From contig JBILVK010000002.1 in the NCBI GenBank assembly GCA_044370475.1, positions 9,383 through 73,382 of the forward strand: a stretch of DNA of 64,000 bases, given 5' to 3'. The notes beneath the pieces were generated by a model that worked only from the letters and a program-made list of their open reading frames with translations, was not told where the DNA came from and did not search any database. Positions 8,403-16,921 of the stretch are shown piece after piece (the first letter of the stretch is position 1; each line of letters begins with the position of its first letter). A program made the translations under genes and the position numbers. This DNA comes from Bacteroidia bacterium. Its GTDB lineage: Bacteria; Bacteroidota; Bacteroidia; UKL13-3.

Positions 8403-9599
8403 TTACTTCCAACAATCGTCAAATAAATGAATTTCTATAGGAGTTCCTTCACTAACCATAGCAATCTCTTGAGGCAATATGGCAATGCAATTTGCTTCAC
8501 TAAATGCATTTAGTTTATAGGATTCTTGTCCATCACATAAATAAACAAAACCTTGTTCTAACCTAGCTTTTAGGAAATGAGTTAGGCCCACTTTTTTGGT
8601 GTAATCATGTCCAAGTGGATATTTTTCTAGGCCATAGGGATGGTAAGTTAAACCCATCATTTTTCTTATGGTAGGCACTACATATTCATAACAACAGCTT
8701 AAAACAGAGGCCGGATTTCCAGGCAAACCAAACACCATGGTTTCCCCTTTTTTACCAAAGAACAAAGGTTTACCTGGCTTCTGTTTAACCCTGTAAAATA
8801 TGGCCTCTACGCCATTTTTATGAAAAGCTCTTTCTACAAAATCAAAATCGCCAACAGAAATCCCACCGCTCACCAAAAGAACATCACAACAAGCAAGTCC
8901 TTCCTCAATGGCCGCAATCACATCTTCCTCAAAATCATCCACGGTTTTTTTATGCAAAAATGACAAGCCCGCGCCTTGCATCAAAGCCTCCAACATCCAA
9001 GAATTACTCTCGTAAATTTGTCCGTGCTGCAATACTTCACCAGGCATAACAAGCTCCTTACCTGTTAAAATTAAACCCAGTTTTGGTGCAGGAACCACCG
9101 CAACTTCATGTATGCCCAATCCAGCCAAATAGCCAATTAAACCGGGGTTTAAGCGCTTTCCAGCCCTCAATGCAATTTCGCCTTTTTTTATTTGCGATCC
9201 CATTTTTCGAATGTGGGTACCAAGGGTAAAAGCATGGTCTTTAATGCGAATAAAGTTGCTTTCCAGATCAACATGCTCCTGCATCACAACCGTGTCGGCA
9301 CCAACTGGAATGGCTGCTCCCGTAAAAATTCTTATTGCCTTACCAGCTTCCAAACTTAAAATTTCGGTGTCTCCGGCTTGTGCAATTCCCATCACTTCTA
9401 TGGGCGTTTCGGTTCGAACCGAACCCAATGCGACAGCATAACCATCCATAGCAGACTGTGCAAATGGGGGCGAATTGAGCGGTGAAATGATATCCTCTGC
9501 AAGTACTTTCCCAACACAATGATTGAGGTTCATAATGCTTGCTGGTAACATTTTGCAGGTCAATTCTACTCGGTTTTTTGCCTCATCAACGGTAATCAT
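8403..9599 (-). CDS. moeA: molybdopterin molybdotransferase MoeA
   Basis: 398 aa with SPPFAQSAMDGYAV and LVSGGISVGDFDFV motifs. Confidence 0.9.
   Translation of the reverse strand: MITVDEAKNRVELTCKMLPASIMNLNHCVGKVLAEDIISPLNSPPFAQSAMDGYAVALGSVRTETPIEVMGIAQAGDTEILSLEAGKAIRIFTGAAIPVGADTVVMQEHVDLESNFIRIKDHAFTLGTHIRKMGSQIKKGEIALRAGKRLNPGLIGYLAGLGIHEVAVVPAPKLGLILTGKELVMPGEVLQHGQIYESNSWMLEALMQGAGLSFLHKKTVDDFEEDVIAAIEEGLACCDVLLVSGGISVGDFDFVERAFHKNGVEAIFYRVKQKPGKPLFFGKKGETMVFGLPGNPASVLSCCYEYVVPTIRKMMGLTYHPYGLEKYPLGHDYTKKVGLTHFLKARLEQGFVYLCDGQESYKLNAFSEANCIAILPQEIAMVSEGTPIEIHLFDDCWK
9408..9423. repeat. iterated motif copy, palindromic variant TTCGGTTCGAACCGAA
   Basis: Perfect 16-nt palindrome inside moeA (encodes SVRTE). 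Confidence 0.8.
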
Positions 9600-9608
9600 A
9601 AGTGATAT

Positions 9609-10589
9609 TTATCCTCCAATTTTTATCATACTTCGGTTCACAATATTTTCTGCCTGGGTATCTTCATAGTTATCAGAAAATTGTCCGCCTTGCCTAGCTT
9701 TCTTTTGCTGTACCGATTGTTTAATGATAGGTAAAATGTCTATGCCGGCCCTTAAATTGGCCAGCAAGTTGCTTTCTTCGGCAGAAAACAAGCAGTTCTT
9801 TATCTGTCCATCTGCTGTAACTCTTAGCCTGTTGCAATCGCCACAAAACGGCTCACTCATGGTGCTAATAACAGCAAAAGTTCCTTTAAAATCTGTAACC
9901 TGATACTTCTTAGCGGTATCATGTTTAAAATCTTCTAATTTTTGAATAGGGTAGTGCTCGCGCAGTTTGTTTAATATTTCTACATGCGTAAAAACCTTTT
10001 GATGCTCCCAATCATTGCCAGAAAATGGCATGTATTCTATAAAGCGAATATGCAAGGGTAAATCTTTGGTAAGAGCAACAAAATCTGAAATCTCATGCTC
10101 ATTAACCCCCTTCACAACCACCATATTTAATTTAACATGGAATTGATTTTTTAGCATCAATTCAATATTGTCCCATACCTTTTCAAAAGCATGCCTTTGT
10201 GTTAATTGCTTAAAAGTCTCCTTGTTTAGAGAATCAATGCTAATATTTACCGATTTAATTCCAGAAGTTTTAAGCAGCTCCAGGTGCTTATCTAGTAAAA
10301 AACCATTGGTGGTAATGGTTAACTCTGCACCAAGCTCAGATAAATTATGAAGAATTGTATGAATATCTTTTCTTACCAAGGGCTCACCGCCCGTAAGTCT
10401 AATTTTTTTAATGCCTTGTTCAACAAATAACTTTGCTATAGAAAATATTTCGGAGGCACTCATTAACTCCTCGCCAGGCATAAACTTCATTTCCTCGTGA
10501 GGCATGCAATACAAGCACCTAAAATTACATTGATCGGTTAAAGATATCCGCAAATAATCATGTACCCTGCCAAACGAATCCTTCAACAT
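9609..10589 (-). CDS. moaA: GTP 3',8-cyclase MoaA (radical SAM)
   Basis: CNFRCLYCMP radical-SAM motif and C-terminal CGDCNRLRVTADG cluster motif. Confidence 0.94.
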   Translation of the reverse strand: MLKDSFGRVHDYLRISLTDQCNFRCLYCMPHEEMKFMPGEELMSASEIFSIAKLFVEQGIKKIRLTGGEPLVRKDIHTILHNLSELGAELTITTNGFLLDKHLELLKTSGIKSVNISIDSLNKETFKQLTQRHAFEKVWDNIELMLKNQFHVKLNMVVVKGVNEHEISDFVALTKDLPLHIRFIEYMPFSGNDWEHQKVFTHVEILNKLREHYPIQKLEDFKHDTAKKYQVTDFKGTFAVISTMSEPFCGDCNRLRVTADGQIKNCLFSAEESNLLANLRAGIDILPIIKQSVQQKKARQGGQFSDNYEDTQAENIVNRSMIKIGG

Positions 10590-10602
10590 ATTAAACGCTT
10601 CT

Positions 10603-10610
10603 CAAAGCTA
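10603..10610 (-). promoter_or_regulatory. candidate Bacteroidota -7 promoter box TAGCTTTG upstream of moaA
   Basis: Matches TAnnTTTG, 13 nt upstream of the moaA ATG. Confidence 0.35.
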
Positions 10611-10723
10611 TTAGATTAAAAATATATTTTTTCAAGGTCAATACCCGCTTTCAAAAGTTTAATTATTTGTTTTTGCTTACCTAATATTCTGCCCAAATCA
10701 CCCATTAAACAAACCCAAAACCC

Positions 10724-10760
10724 AACGACCAAAGACTAACGACCAAAGACCAACGACTCT
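10724..10760. repeat. 14-nt tandem repeat, about 2.6 units of AACGACCAAAGAC(T/C)
   Basis: Direct reading gives AACGACCAAAGACT AACGACCAAAGACC AACGACTCT, in the moaA upstream spacer. Confidence 0.7.
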
Positions 10761-10794
10761 ACCTTCGCTAAAGCTACGGCAGACAAAGCAAAAA

Positions 10795-11478
10795 CTAACT
10801 CCTCTTAAAGTTCTTAAAATTCCTGTTCTTATTCTTATTAAACTTATTCCTATTTTGGTTATTTCGGTGCTGACCACCATTGCTGTATTTGTCTTCACCA
10901 ATCGCATTTACCTTGCGTTGTTGCATGTTTTTAAACTGCAAATCATCACTCTCACTAATGCTAATTTTTCCCTGACTCAAATTCTCCAAATGAGCCATTA
11001 CCTCATCATCATTCAACATCTCCAAATTCCATGCTTTAGAACTCATTTTCATGAACGAACCAATCGCATTGATATAGGCCGTACGCATCGGACCTTCCTC
11101 AAACTCCGCAACACGTTCAATTATTTTTGGAACAATTTTACCGTAAAATCTAAACCTTATTTTTGATTGAGGATAGCCAAGAGGGTCTGGCTTCGATTTA
11201 ATGCTCTCTGCACTTGGCATTGGGTATGGAGAATCTACATCCAATTTAAAATCACTCATTACAAACAAGTGATCCCATAACTTGTGCTTATAATCGGCAA
11301 CATCCCTTAAATGCGGGTTTAATTGCCCCATTAATTTGATGATGTCATTTGCTATGGTCTGACGGCGCTCTCTAACAGGCTCCTCAACCGCCACTTCTAT
11401 CATTCTTTGAATGATTCTTCCGTATTCAGAAATAAGCAATTTGCCTCTTTCTGTGTTATATTCTAAACTTAAACTCAT
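10795..11478 (-). CDS. DUF4290 family protein with a basic Asn/Lys/Arg-rich tail
   Basis: EYGRIIQRMIE...NPHLRDVADYKHKLWDHLFVMSDFKLDVDSPYP matches my recollection of DUF4290. Confidence 0.75.
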   Translation of the reverse strand: MSLSLEYNTERGKLLISEYGRIIQRMIEVAVEEPVRERRQTIANDIIKLMGQLNPHLRDVADYKHKLWDHLFVMSDFKLDVDSPYPMPSAESIKSKPDPLGYPQSKIRFRFYGKIVPKIIERVAEFEEGPMRTAYINAIGSFMKMSSKAWNLEMLNDDEVMAHLENLSQGKISISESDDLQFKNMQQRKVNAIGEDKYSNGGQHRNNQNRNKFNKNKNRNFKNFKRS

Positions 11479-11498
11479 GCGTTGTGTTGCAAGATAAA

Positions 11499-13169
11499 TT
11501 ATTTTATTGAATTCCCAATCAATTCGCGTGCTGCCGCTAATACCTTATCAGATGGATTCTCCCCACTCAACATGCGCGCAATTTCCTCAACGCGCTCTTG
11601 CGGACTTAACGATTTAATGGCCGTTTGTGTTTGCTCTCCCTCATTTGTTTTGTAAACATACAAATGTTGATTGGCTTTTCCTGCAATTTGAGGAAGGTGA
11701 GAGATAGCAATAATTTGATGAGATTGTGCATGCTCCCTCATCACAGTAGCAACTTTTTGAGCCGCTTCACCAGAAATACCACTGTCTATTTCATCAAAAA
11801 CCACGGTAGGCAATTTAACCTGGTCTGCAATTAAAGATTTAATGCATAGCATTAACCTACTCAACTCACCGCCACTCGCCACTTTGTTAATAGGCTGTGG
11901 GGCAAATCCCTTATTTGCAGAAAACATAAAAACCACCTCATCCATTCCAGAACCAGTTGCTTTTTCAAAGGCCAAATGCTTCAAATCAATATCAAAATTG
12001 GCATTCGGCATCGCCACCTGTACCAACAAAGAATTAACCTGTTCCAAAATTTTGGGTATGGCCAATTTCCTTTTTTTTCTCAAATTTTCCCCAGCATTCT
12101 CGGCACTTTCAGCATGCTTTTTCAATTGCCCACTTACTTTTTCAATCTCCTCATCCAAAGAACCAATCGCTTCCAATTGCCTTTCCAATTCCTGCCTCAA
12201 CGCAATCAATTCCTCAATGCTAGTTAACCTATGTTTCTTTTGAACTGCATATATCGCCTGTAACCGAGCCTCAGTTGTTGCCAATAAATTTGGGTCAGAA
12301 AGAGTCTTCTCTGCAATTAAATTCAACTCTGTAGCAATGTCTTTTAGGTCAACCAAATTACTTTCTAACCTCTGCATAATACTCGCCAACCCTTCTTGAT
12401 GCTTGGCTGCGGGCTGCAACAATGCCTTGCATTCGCGCAACATGTCAACTATGCTCTGCTCATTTCCATCCAATATATTTCCGGTCTGAACCGATACCTG
12501 CTGAATGGTTTCAGCGTGTGTTAATTCATCCAGCTTCTTTTCTAAATCTTCCTGCTCACCAAGCTTTAAATCTAGTCCCTGCAATTCACTCAAAACAAAA
12601 TTTAAATAGTCCTCATCTTGCTTTGCTTTGCTCTCCCTCTCCAATAAATCTTGTAAATATTTCTTGCTCTTTTGAAACTCCTTAAAACACTTTTGGTAAT
12701 GAATCAAGTCCTCTCCATTATTCGCAATCGCATCCAAAACAGATAATTGAAAAGCAGATTCATTCAACTCCAATGTTTCATGCTGAGAAACAATATCAAC
12801 TAAGCTTAATCCCAATGCCTTTAGTACCGGTAAATTAACAGGAGTGTCGTTTATAAAAGCCCTAGATTTGCCCGCCGCAGTAAGCTCTCGCCTTATGATA
12901 CACTGTGGCTCATAATCCAATTCATTCTGAGTAAAAAAGTCTGTTAAACGATACGCATCAATGTCAAAATGTGCCTCAACAACACACTTATCTGCCCCTT
13001 GTAAAATAACTTTAGAGTCGGCTCGCTCCCCCAAAATCAACCCCAAAGCGCCCATTAATATCGACTTACCAGCACCTGTCTCGCCAGTAATAATACTTAG
13101 CCCAGAATGAAAATTTATTTCACTCTGCCTAATAATGGCATAATTCCTGATTTTTAAACTTGTTAGCAT
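11499..13169 (-). CDS. recN: DNA repair protein RecN
   Basis: N-terminus LKIRNYAIIRQSEINFHSGLSIITGETGAGKSIL, coiled-coil middle, SGGELSRLMLC signature. Confidence 0.94.
   Translation of the reverse strand: MLTSLKIRNYAIIRQSEINFHSGLSIITGETGAGKSILMGALGLILGERADSKVILQGADKCVVEAHFDIDAYRLTDFFTQNELDYEPQCIIRRELTAAGKSRAFINDTPVNLPVLKALGLSLVDIVSQHETLELNESAFQLSVLDAIANNGEDLIHYQKCFKEFQKSKKYLQDLLERESKAKQDEDYLNFVLSELQGLDLKLGEQEDLEKKLDELTHAETIQQVSVQTGNILDGNEQSIVDMLRECKALLQPAAKHQEGLASIMQRLESNLVDLKDIATELNLIAEKTLSDPNLLATTEARLQAIYAVQKKHRLTSIEELIALRQELERQLEAIGSLDEEIEKVSGQLKKHAESAENAGENLRKKRKLAIPKILEQVNSLLVQVAMPNANFDIDLKHLAFEKATGSGMDEVVFMFSANKGFAPQPINKVASGGELSRLMLCIKSLIADQVKLPTVVFDEIDSGISGEAAQKVATVMREHAQSHQIIAISHLPQIAGKANQHLYVYKTNEGEQTQTAIKSLSPQERVEEIARMLSGENPSDKVLAAARELIGNSIK
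12482..12493 (+). repeat. iterated motif copy CGGTCTGAACCG
   Basis: Exact 10-nt core inside recN (encodes SVQTG). Confidence 0.8.
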
Positions 13170-13227
13170 GTTTCAGGAGCGAATATATGAATTACATGTA
13201 TGCTGTTTTCCACAGCTCCTAAGTCAA

Positions 13228-14802
13228 TTATTCTAAAATAAGTTTTCTAAGCGTTTTTTGCTCGGTCTGAACCAACTCCAAAAAATATATACCTCTTGGG
13301 AGTCCTTCCACAGAAAACCTTCTTTCATGTTGATTATTAAGTATTTTGACTAAAACTTCCTGCCCCATAGCATTGAAAATCTTTGCTTGTATGGGTGCTA
13401 AATTTTCAGTTTCAATGCGTATAAAATCTTTTCCAGGATTTGGGAAAAAGTTTATACCCGACAATTTATTTTGGTCCAAAACAGAAGTTGGCCATACCTG
13501 AATATAATTTGTTTTCTTTAAAGTATTGTTGCCAATGGCATTGGTAACTCTTAGCTGGACATTGTAATTTCCCACTACATTAAATTGTACTTGAGGATGC
13601 TGACTAACAGTGCTGGTGCCATTTAAATATACCACCCCAGTATTGGGAGTAATCGTCCATAACCATGCAACCACATTGCCTGTACTGGTATCTCTTAATC
13701 CTATAGTTTCATTGAGCTTAGGAACTACATTGGTTGCATAAAAATTGGCAATTGCACCCTCCCTAATTTTGATAAAATTAGTCTTTAAAGTGTCGTCAGA
13801 TGCTCCTTCATAAATGCTAGTTAGTTTTACACTGTAATCACCTATCTCATTAAATATTACTCGTGGGTTTTCACTGCTGGCTGTTGAGCCTGGCACAAAG
13901 CTGTAGGTAGCGGGAGTAATCTGCCAAACAAAAGATTTAGGCGAGCCATAAGATGAATTTGAAAAGTTAATGGTATCACCAGGTTTACCTGTTACTCTGT
14001 TTGCATTAAAATTACAATTATTAATATAAGCTTCTGGCCTAAAAATATCTTTGTATTTTATACTTGAAACCGCATTGGTGGTATTGTTTACTACTACTTC
14101 TAATATTGGAAAACCTTGACTCTTTGCTATCCAAGAATACTCAGTTCTGGCAGCTGGAATTGGGATTCCAAAGCCTCCAAACACAATCGAATCTGTACCT
14201 ACCACAACCGATTTAATTCTTAAACAATCAAATGTTCCATAGGGAGTTGTAATTTGTCCCCAACCATCAACCGTTGTTGTTCTGCTGCCACTTTGCTTTA
14301 ATGCTCCTAAAGTAGGTAAACTCGCTTCCCCTAAATAACTACCAGAAAATGTTTTTCCATAGCTCATAGGAAACTTCATTAAGGTGTCTTTTAGGGAGTA
14401 AGTTATTCCTAATGGTAAACTTTGAACAGTGGCTCCTCTGCCCATAATAACCAATGATTGATTGGTGCTTTTGTAAAAGCTAAATACGTTGCTTGCTGCT
14501 CCTCCGCCTAGCGGACCAAGAGAAAGGCTGCTTTCAGATAAGCCATAAGAGGCAGAGAAAAACTGCAATATGTAAGGTGTGGTGGCAGGTGAAATATATT
14601 TTTGAACGTCTTGGTTATCTACTTTCAAATTACCAAAACTCCAGACATAGTTTGCTCCTGTTGCTTCATAATTTATCATACTTGAACTTGAACTATACCT
14701 AACAGTGTCATTTACCTTAGAAAAATCACCGAAATTTAGGGTGATTTGAGCTTGAGCTTTGATGGCAATGACAAATAGAAATACGTATAATTTTAATCTC
14801 AT
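13228..14802 (-). CDS. secreted PKD-repeat protein with a T9SS type A C-terminal sorting domain
   Basis: Signal peptide from the second ATG (MRLKLYVFLFVIAIKAQAQ). Two PKD-like repeats. C-terminus FFPNPGKDFIRIE...GIYFLELV. Confidence 0.72.
   Translation of the reverse strand: MRLKLYVFLFVIAIKAQAQITLNFGDFSKVNDTVRYSSSSSMINYEATGANYVWSFGNLKVDNQDVQKYISPATTPYILQFFSASYGLSESSLSLGPLGGGAASNVFSFYKSTNQSLVIMGRGATVQSLPLGITYSLKDTLMKFPMSYGKTFSGSYLGEASLPTLGALKQSGSRTTTVDGWGQITTPYGTFDCLRIKSVVVGTDSIVFGGFGIPIPAARTEYSWIAKSQGFPILEVVVNNTTNAVSSIKYKDIFRPEAYINNCNFNANRVTGKPGDTINFSNSSYGSPKSFVWQITPATYSFVPGSTASSENPRVIFNEIGDYSVKLTSIYEGASDDTLKTNFIKIREGAIANFYATNVVPKLNETIGLRDTSTGNVVAWLWTITPNTGVVYLNGTSTVSQHPQVQFNVVGNYNVQLRVTNAIGNNTLKKTNYIQVWPTSVLDQNKLSGINFFPNPGKDFIRIETENLAPIQAKIFNAMGQEVLVKILNNQHERRFSVEGLPRGIYFLELVQTEQKTLRKLILE
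13262..13275 (+). repeat. iterated motif copy TCGGTCTGAACCAA
   Basis: 14 of 15 match. Encodes LVQTE in the T9SS sorting domain. Confidence 0.88.
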
Positions 14803-15007
14803 AACAATGAACTTATTTGGTGTTTTTAGGAAAGCAAAATAGTGATTTTCATGCATTTTTTCTATCTTCCCAAACTATTCCTTGTAGAAAGGAAGATTTG
14901 CACCTTACTTGTTAACATATTCCTTAGCTTTTGTGGAAAGCTTGTGAATATTGCATGGGTAGCAATTTCTTAATTTGTGATAGGAAGAAAGCTGTAATAC
15001 AATCAAA

Positions 15008-16303
15008 GTGGAAAAGAAGTTCTGGACATATATTATTCATTACCTGCACAAACATAATGAGTTATGTTTAGCCGATTTTGGTCGGTTTGCTGCACAGGTA
15101 AGTGAATTTTCTGTTGACCCAGTTGCTAAAAAAATAACCCCTCAACGTAAAAGGATCTACTTTCAAACTGGTGAATTTGGGAATTCCCCAGAATTTTTGA
15201 CATTTATCGCATCAATTTCAAATGATACTCCTGTTCAAATTGTTGATAACTTAGCTTCATTTGTTTCAAAAGCTAAATCGCAATTAAAATCAGATGCTAA
15301 AATAATTGTTGAAGATTTTGGCACATTTAAAATGAATGTAATGGGGGAGTTGGAGTTTGATTCAAACCAAACCCTATTTTTTGAAGATCAATCATTTGGA
15401 TTAAGGCCAATTCATTTTGCTGCAAATTTGCTTAAGACCAAGCGTATTGTTGTTGAGCAGGCCGAGGAGGAGGAGCAGGAATTAGTGCAAATGAGGGAAT
15501 CTGCTTTAAAGGAGCTTAAGGTTTTACTGGATAATGCGCGCGTGGCAGAAAGCAGCGAGCATACCAAGAAAAGCAAAGCTTTTCCAATTATAGCTACTAT
15601 TCTCACCCTCGTTTTACTTATTAACTTAGGCTTCTTTTTGTTTAAAGGTCCGGTAGACCAAATAAAACAACAAATTTCACAGATGAATATTCTTGGGAAA
15701 ACAGGAGAAATTCTGGATTCTCAGGCTTCAGAGTCTTTAGTGGTTAAGCCTGCACAACCTCAGGTTGCTATCATTTCAAAGGATGAAACTTCTTTGCCGC
15801 TTCCAAATTCGGATAGTCTTATAGCGCATATCGGTCAATCGCTAAGTCGTAGTAACTTCGAATTCGATTCCCTGAATTATTCGTTGGTTCAGACCGAAAA
15901 AATAGAAGACAAAATAATTGCAGAGGCTATACCTGAAACACTGGCTACAGAGCCTGTAGCATTGGTACCGCAATATGAGCCCATAGCCAACCCAGTTGAG
16001 GTAATTGACCCTACAGTAGACTATTACAACAGTCCAAACATGGTAAATGTGGATGCCCAAGAAAACGGAATCGACAAGGGATTTTATGTGATTGCAGGTG
16101 CTTTTAAGAGTGAGGATAATGCCAATAAAATGAAGGCCAAAATGGTTAAAAAGGGCGATACTTCAGCGATTGTTTTTAAGCCGAGCTCGTACCCTTATTA
16201 TTTGGTTTCATATCAAAAAAGCAAAACGCTTAATCAAGCTTTAAATTTGTTGGAGAAAAAAGACGATGCAAACCCAGCAATTTGGGTCTACTGCGCTTAC
16301 TAA
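15008..16303 (+). CDS. HU-like N-terminal domain / membrane anchor / C-terminal SPOR domain protein
   Basis: GTG start. One TM segment (FPIIATILTLVLLINLGFFLF). C-terminus GFYVIAGAFKSEDNANKMKAKM is SPOR-like. Confidence 0.65.
   Translation: MEKKFWTYIIHYLHKHNELCLADFGRFAAQVSEFSVDPVAKKITPQRKRIYFQTGEFGNSPEFLTFIASISNDTPVQIVDNLASFVSKAKSQLKSDAKIIVEDFGTFKMNVMGELEFDSNQTLFFEDQSFGLRPIHFAANLLKTKRIVVEQAEEEEQELVQMRESALKELKVLLDNARVAESSEHTKKSKAFPIIATILTLVLLINLGFFLFKGPVDQIKQQISQMNILGKTGEILDSQASESLVVKPAQPQVAIISKDETSLPLPNSDSLIAHIGQSLSRSNFEFDSLNYSLVQTEKIEDKIIAEAIPETLATEPVALVPQYEPIANPVEVIDPTVDYYNSPNMVNVDAQENGIDKGFYVIAGAFKSEDNANKMKAKMVKKGDTSAIVFKPSSYPYYLVSYQKSKTLNQALNLLEKKDDANPAIWVYCAY
15884..15903 (-). repeat. 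iterated motif copy, extended form TTGGTTCAGACCGAAAAAAT
   Basis: Exact 15-mer plus A-run. The 20 nt are identical to 34848..34867. Confidence 0.92.
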
Positions 16304-16854
16304 ATCCTTGGTCGCCACGGCAATTCTATGCCATTGTTTTCTTGTAAAATGATTCTCGATAGAACAAAAAGATAATCACTTAGTCTGTTTAAATAAATCA
16401 CAATTAAATCTGGAACGGGCGAACTGGCTTGAAGCAATACAACCATTCTTTCTGCACGTCTGCAAATACATCTGGCAACATGGCAATGTGAGGCTAATAT
16501 GTTTCCTCCGGGCAATACAAAGCTTTTTAACTCTGGTAATACCTCATTCATTTTGTCTATTTCCGATTCTAATTTCTGAACATCCTCTGGAAATAAATCG
16601 GGCACTTTCATTTTCGATTTTTCAGGATCGCTCGCCAAAACCGATCCAATGGTAAATAGGCGGTCTTGAATTTCATAAATAAATGCTTCTCTCTCTTCAT
16701 TTTTTAATTGGTCTTTTATTAATCCAAGGTATGAATTGAGTTCATCGGTTGTTCCATAGGATTCTATCCTGATATGTGATTTTAAAACGCGTGAACCTCC
16801 AATTAATGAAGTTTCACCTTGATCTCCTGTTTTTGTATAAATTTTAAATGTCAT
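16300..16854 (-). CDS. PduO-type ATP:cob(I)alamin adenosyltransferase
   Basis: IYTKTGDQGETSLIGGSRVLKSHIRIESYGTTDELNSYLG is the hallmark N-terminus. Confidence 0.88.
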   Translation of the reverse strand: MTFKIYTKTGDQGETSLIGGSRVLKSHIRIESYGTTDELNSYLGLIKDQLKNEEREAFIYEIQDRLFTIGSVLASDPEKSKMKVPDLFPEDVQKLESEIDKMNEVLPELKSFVLPGGNILASHCHVARCICRRAERMVVLLQASSPVPDLIVIYLNRLSDYLFVLSRIILQENNGIELPWRPRI

Positions 16855-16897
16855 AAAAAAAGCCTGCTTAATTCTGCAATTACGGAATTAAACAGGC
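16855..16897 (-). terminator. rho-independent terminator after the DUF3078 gene; its U-tract abuts the start codon of the adenosyltransferase gene
   Basis: The 13-bp stem (16862-16874 / 16885-16897) is fully paired only in the minus-strand RNA, with one G-U pair. Seven U's run directly into the AUG at 16854. Confidence 0.6.
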
Positions 16898-16921
16898 GTT
16901 TTAAAAATATGTTTCAAAAAA

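Noticed and set aside
9408-9423. The palindromic variant (GGTTCGAACC) as a fragment of a tRNA T-arm (GGTTCGAATCC) or a tRNA-derived SINE
   Set aside because: The loop is one nucleotide short and no flanking acceptor or anticodon-arm sequence is present. The asymmetric majority form (GGTCTGAACC) does not fit a T-loop.
10590-10794. Possible Moco riboswitch in front of moaA
   Set aside because: I could not identify the conserved Moco-motif helices or loops by eye. The spacer is dominated by a tandem repeat and A/T-rich sequence. It needs an Infernal scan before it can be called present or absent.
10698-10907. 69-aa minus-strand ORF ending in GLWSLVFGRWVLGLFNG
   Set aside because: Its C-terminal half is a translation of the 14-nt tandem repeat, and its N-terminal half overlaps the DUF4290 gene in another frame. 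It is not a credible gene.
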